A DNA stretch of 40,198 nucleotides from Octopus sinensis (lineage: Eukaryota): assembly GCF_006345805.1 (NCBI RefSeq), contig NW_021835446.1, forward strand, positions 1 to 40,198, written 5' to 3'. Below the pieces are notes generated by a model. That model was not told the DNA's origin and did not search any database. It saw only the letters and a list, made by a program, of their open reading frames with translations. Shown piece by piece: positions 37,458 through 40,198 of the stretch. The position numbers were made by a program, and so were the translations under genes. Numbering within the stretch: position 1 is the first letter of the stretch; each line of letters begins with the position of its first letter.

Positions 37458-37511
37458 TTATTATTATTATTATTGTTCTTCTTCTTATTATTATTACTAT
37501 TATTATTATTA

Positions 37512-37559
<48 letters not shown>

Positions 37560-37560
<1 letters not shown>

Positions 37561-37748
37561 GGTGGTGAACTGGCCGAAATGCTTAGCGGTATTTCGTCCG
37601 CCGCTACGTCCTGAGTTCAAATTCCGCCGAGGTCGACTTTGCCTTTCATCCTTTCGGGATTGAGAAATTGAGTATCAGTTGTATACTGGGAACGATATGA
37701 TCGATTAGGGTCCCTTCCACAAAATTTCAGGCTTTGAGCTCACATTAG
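37560..37748 (+). mobile_element. SINE B with a partly deleted head
   Basis: CGAAATGCTTAGCGGTATTTCGTC..GAGTTCAAATTCCGCCGAGGTCGAC. Confidence 0.75.
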
Positions 37749-37799
37749 AAGGTTTATCATCGTCACCATCATCATCATCATCATTATCATCTCTGGAGT

Positions 37800-38080
37800 G
37801 ACGTTACACGACAGAATACATAGATTGAAAAACAGGTAGCTTCACCAGACTGAGCCGTTACTTGTTTGCCTTGAGAACTTGTGACTAGAACTCTACTGGG
37901 AAGAATCGCAAGACAAGTCACTGGTAGGAGACCCAAGGCTAGACCACAAATGAAATGGTTGGATAATATCCATATTCTTAATTGGTCACATTTGGTCACC
38001 AGTCAGAAAATGTAATGAAGATGGTCTTCGATAGACACTTTTTGATCGTCTCAATCACCCGCCTGTATTACAGATCGGTG
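37800..38080 (+). mobile_element. RTE-clade LINE 3' fragment, decayed
   Basis: TGRRPKARPQMKWLDNIHILNWSHL matches the RTE C-terminal GRRPRGRPxxRWxD motif. Confidence 0.65.
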
Positions 38081-38319
38081 GTTCATACTTTAACACTAGC
38101 AGAGCAGAATAGGTTATAACTACTAAAAAATTCAATATAGGAACGTATCACATGGTGAGCGTTCAGCCTCAGAACATGCACGAGTTAAAGAATTAAGTGA
38201 GATATTTCTTATGAACAATATTGAATGATACATCTATCTTAGGTTTAGCTATCAGCACCATTTCCCGGAAGTCGGGTTGATAGTTAGACTGTCTGAAGGA
38301 TAGACACTTAGGTGGCTTC

Positions 38320-38321
<2 letters not shown>

Positions 38322-38404
<83 letters not shown>

Positions 38405-38459
38405 CAGGCAGAGAGATAGATATATAGATAGATAAATAGAGGGATGGATAATTGGGTAG

Positions 38460-38516
<57 letters not shown>

Positions 38517-38591
38517 CAGGCAGAGAGATAGATATATAGATAGATAAATAGATAGAGGGATGGATAATTGGGTAGATAGATAGATAGATAA

Positions 38592-38648
<57 letters not shown>

Positions 38649-38662
38649 CAGATAGATAGATA
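38322..38662. repeat. (GATA)n with an internal duplication
   Basis: Directly visible; GACAGGCAGAGAG..GGATGGATAATTGGG occurs twice. Confidence 0.97.
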
Positions 38663-39138
38663 TGGGGATGTGCTGAAAAGAAAATACAGGAAGACCAGTT
38701 AATTTTATTCAAAATATTTCCCTTTGAGATTCCTGCACTTATTGCAGCGGTCCTTCGGCTTTTCTATGCCCTGTAAAAGAAACTCTGAAGTTTGGGCCTC
38801 CAGAGTTTTGCGATACCGTTAAAACTAATAGATTTCCAGCATTCCCTCGTAGGTTGGTAGGTAGTACTTTTAAGAGAGATTCATAAGGTAGTAATATGTG
38901 GAACTTCAACAAAATAAAAACATGACATTTCTAAAAAATTAATATATATGTGTATATACATACCTACCGACCTACCTTCATACATACACATAAACACACA
39001 CATACACATACATACATACATAAATACAAACCTACGTATGTTCATTCATGCATATATATGTGTATATGAATGTATATATACACGTATTATATATACATAT
39101 ATATAATATATATTTTATATATACGTATATACATACAT

Positions 39139-39171
<33 letters not shown>

Positions 39172-39621
39172 CCCACATGTATATAGTTACAAGTTCATGC
39201 ATATGTATGTAGCTATGCGTAAATATATTAGTGTCTGTATGCATGTATATATATATGTGTATATGTGTATGTTTGTATATATGTATATATATATATATGT
39301 CTATATATGCATGTATGTATATATGTATGTAGGTAGCTATATATATATATATATATATATGCACATACACATACATATTATAGACAGACGTATACGTACA
39401 TATACACATGTATGCACACACACCCATACACACATGTACACGCGTATGCATACGTATATATACGTGTATACATATACATGTATACAGACGCAAACATATA
39501 CATATAAACATAAACATACCCACATATATTAACTTACACATACACAACAAACTCAGATACATACCCTCACACACACACACATACACACACGCGTGCGCGA
39601 CACACGTATATACATCGTATA

Positions 39622-39835
39622 GCCATTCTCTCTGACGGTTACAAATTTATTCATCATCTTATTGTTACTGTTCTTTATTTCATGCTTCTGTTATTATTTT
39701 TGTTTTCTTAATATTCTGCATTCTTTCATTTAATTTGATATTTTGAAAAATATGCACAATATCTGAAATAAAAAGAAACCGAATTAAAAATATAACGACA
39801 AGGAAAGATATACACATAAGATATAACATGAATAA
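39622..39835 (-). mobile_element. AT-rich repeat X, uninterrupted copy
   Basis: Inverted homolog of 35188-35655 without the insertion. Confidence 0.7.
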
Positions 39836-40099
39836 GATCATTGTATCGTCTAGTGATGTCGGAAAGATTTATTAAAATATAGAGAAAAAAAAGAAAAGAA
39901 AAAAGAGCGAAACGAAAAGAATTAAAGAATAAAGAATTGAGTTTATAAAAAAATGTTTAGAAATAAACGCAAAAGTTTAAGCGAAAATATATAACGTTGA
40001 TAAGATTTCTTCAAAACGCACACTCATCTGTAGACATATATATATACACCCATATATACAATCTAGTTCTCTATCTCTAGCTGCTTGCCTTCCTGTCTC

Positions 40100-40198
40100 T
40101 CTATCTTTCTTTCTTCTCTCTTTCTTTCTTTCTTTCTTTCTCTCTTTCTTTCTTTCTTTTTCTTTCTTTCTTTCTTTCTCTCTTTCTTTCTTTCTTTC
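40100..40198. repeat. (TTTC)n/(TC)n tract
   Basis: Directly visible. Confidence 0.95.

Overview
AT-rich eukaryotic window made almost entirely of microsatellites ((TA)n, (CA)n, (AAT)n, (GATA)n, (ATC)n, (CCAA)n) and transposable-element remnants. The repeat families resemble those of an Octopus (coleoid cephalopod) genome; this is inference from recognising the repeats, not a database search. No host exon can be supported: nearly all supplied ORFs are translated microsatellites or pieces or antisense reads of decayed LINEs. Recognisable content: three recurring tRNA-derived SINE families, decayed non-LTR retrotransposons (R4/Dong-like, CR1/L2-group, RTE, probable Tx1/L1-like), a non-autonomous Helitron and Penelope-like terminal fragments. 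The most interesting signal is a set of minimal type I hammerhead-ribozyme folds. Two carry a compensated U3-A8 core (TTGANAA ... GAAACCGGTA) inside ~185-200 bp foldback elements flanked by TA runs, which suggests a non-autonomous ribozyme-bearing Penelope derivative. Also notable: a five-element head-to-tail train of R4/Dong-type insertions in (TAA)n, a probable (TCTA)n-targeting LINE, and a SINE/LINE shared 3' hairpin with compensatory changes. All folds and alignments were done by eye and none is experimentally or computationally confirmed.
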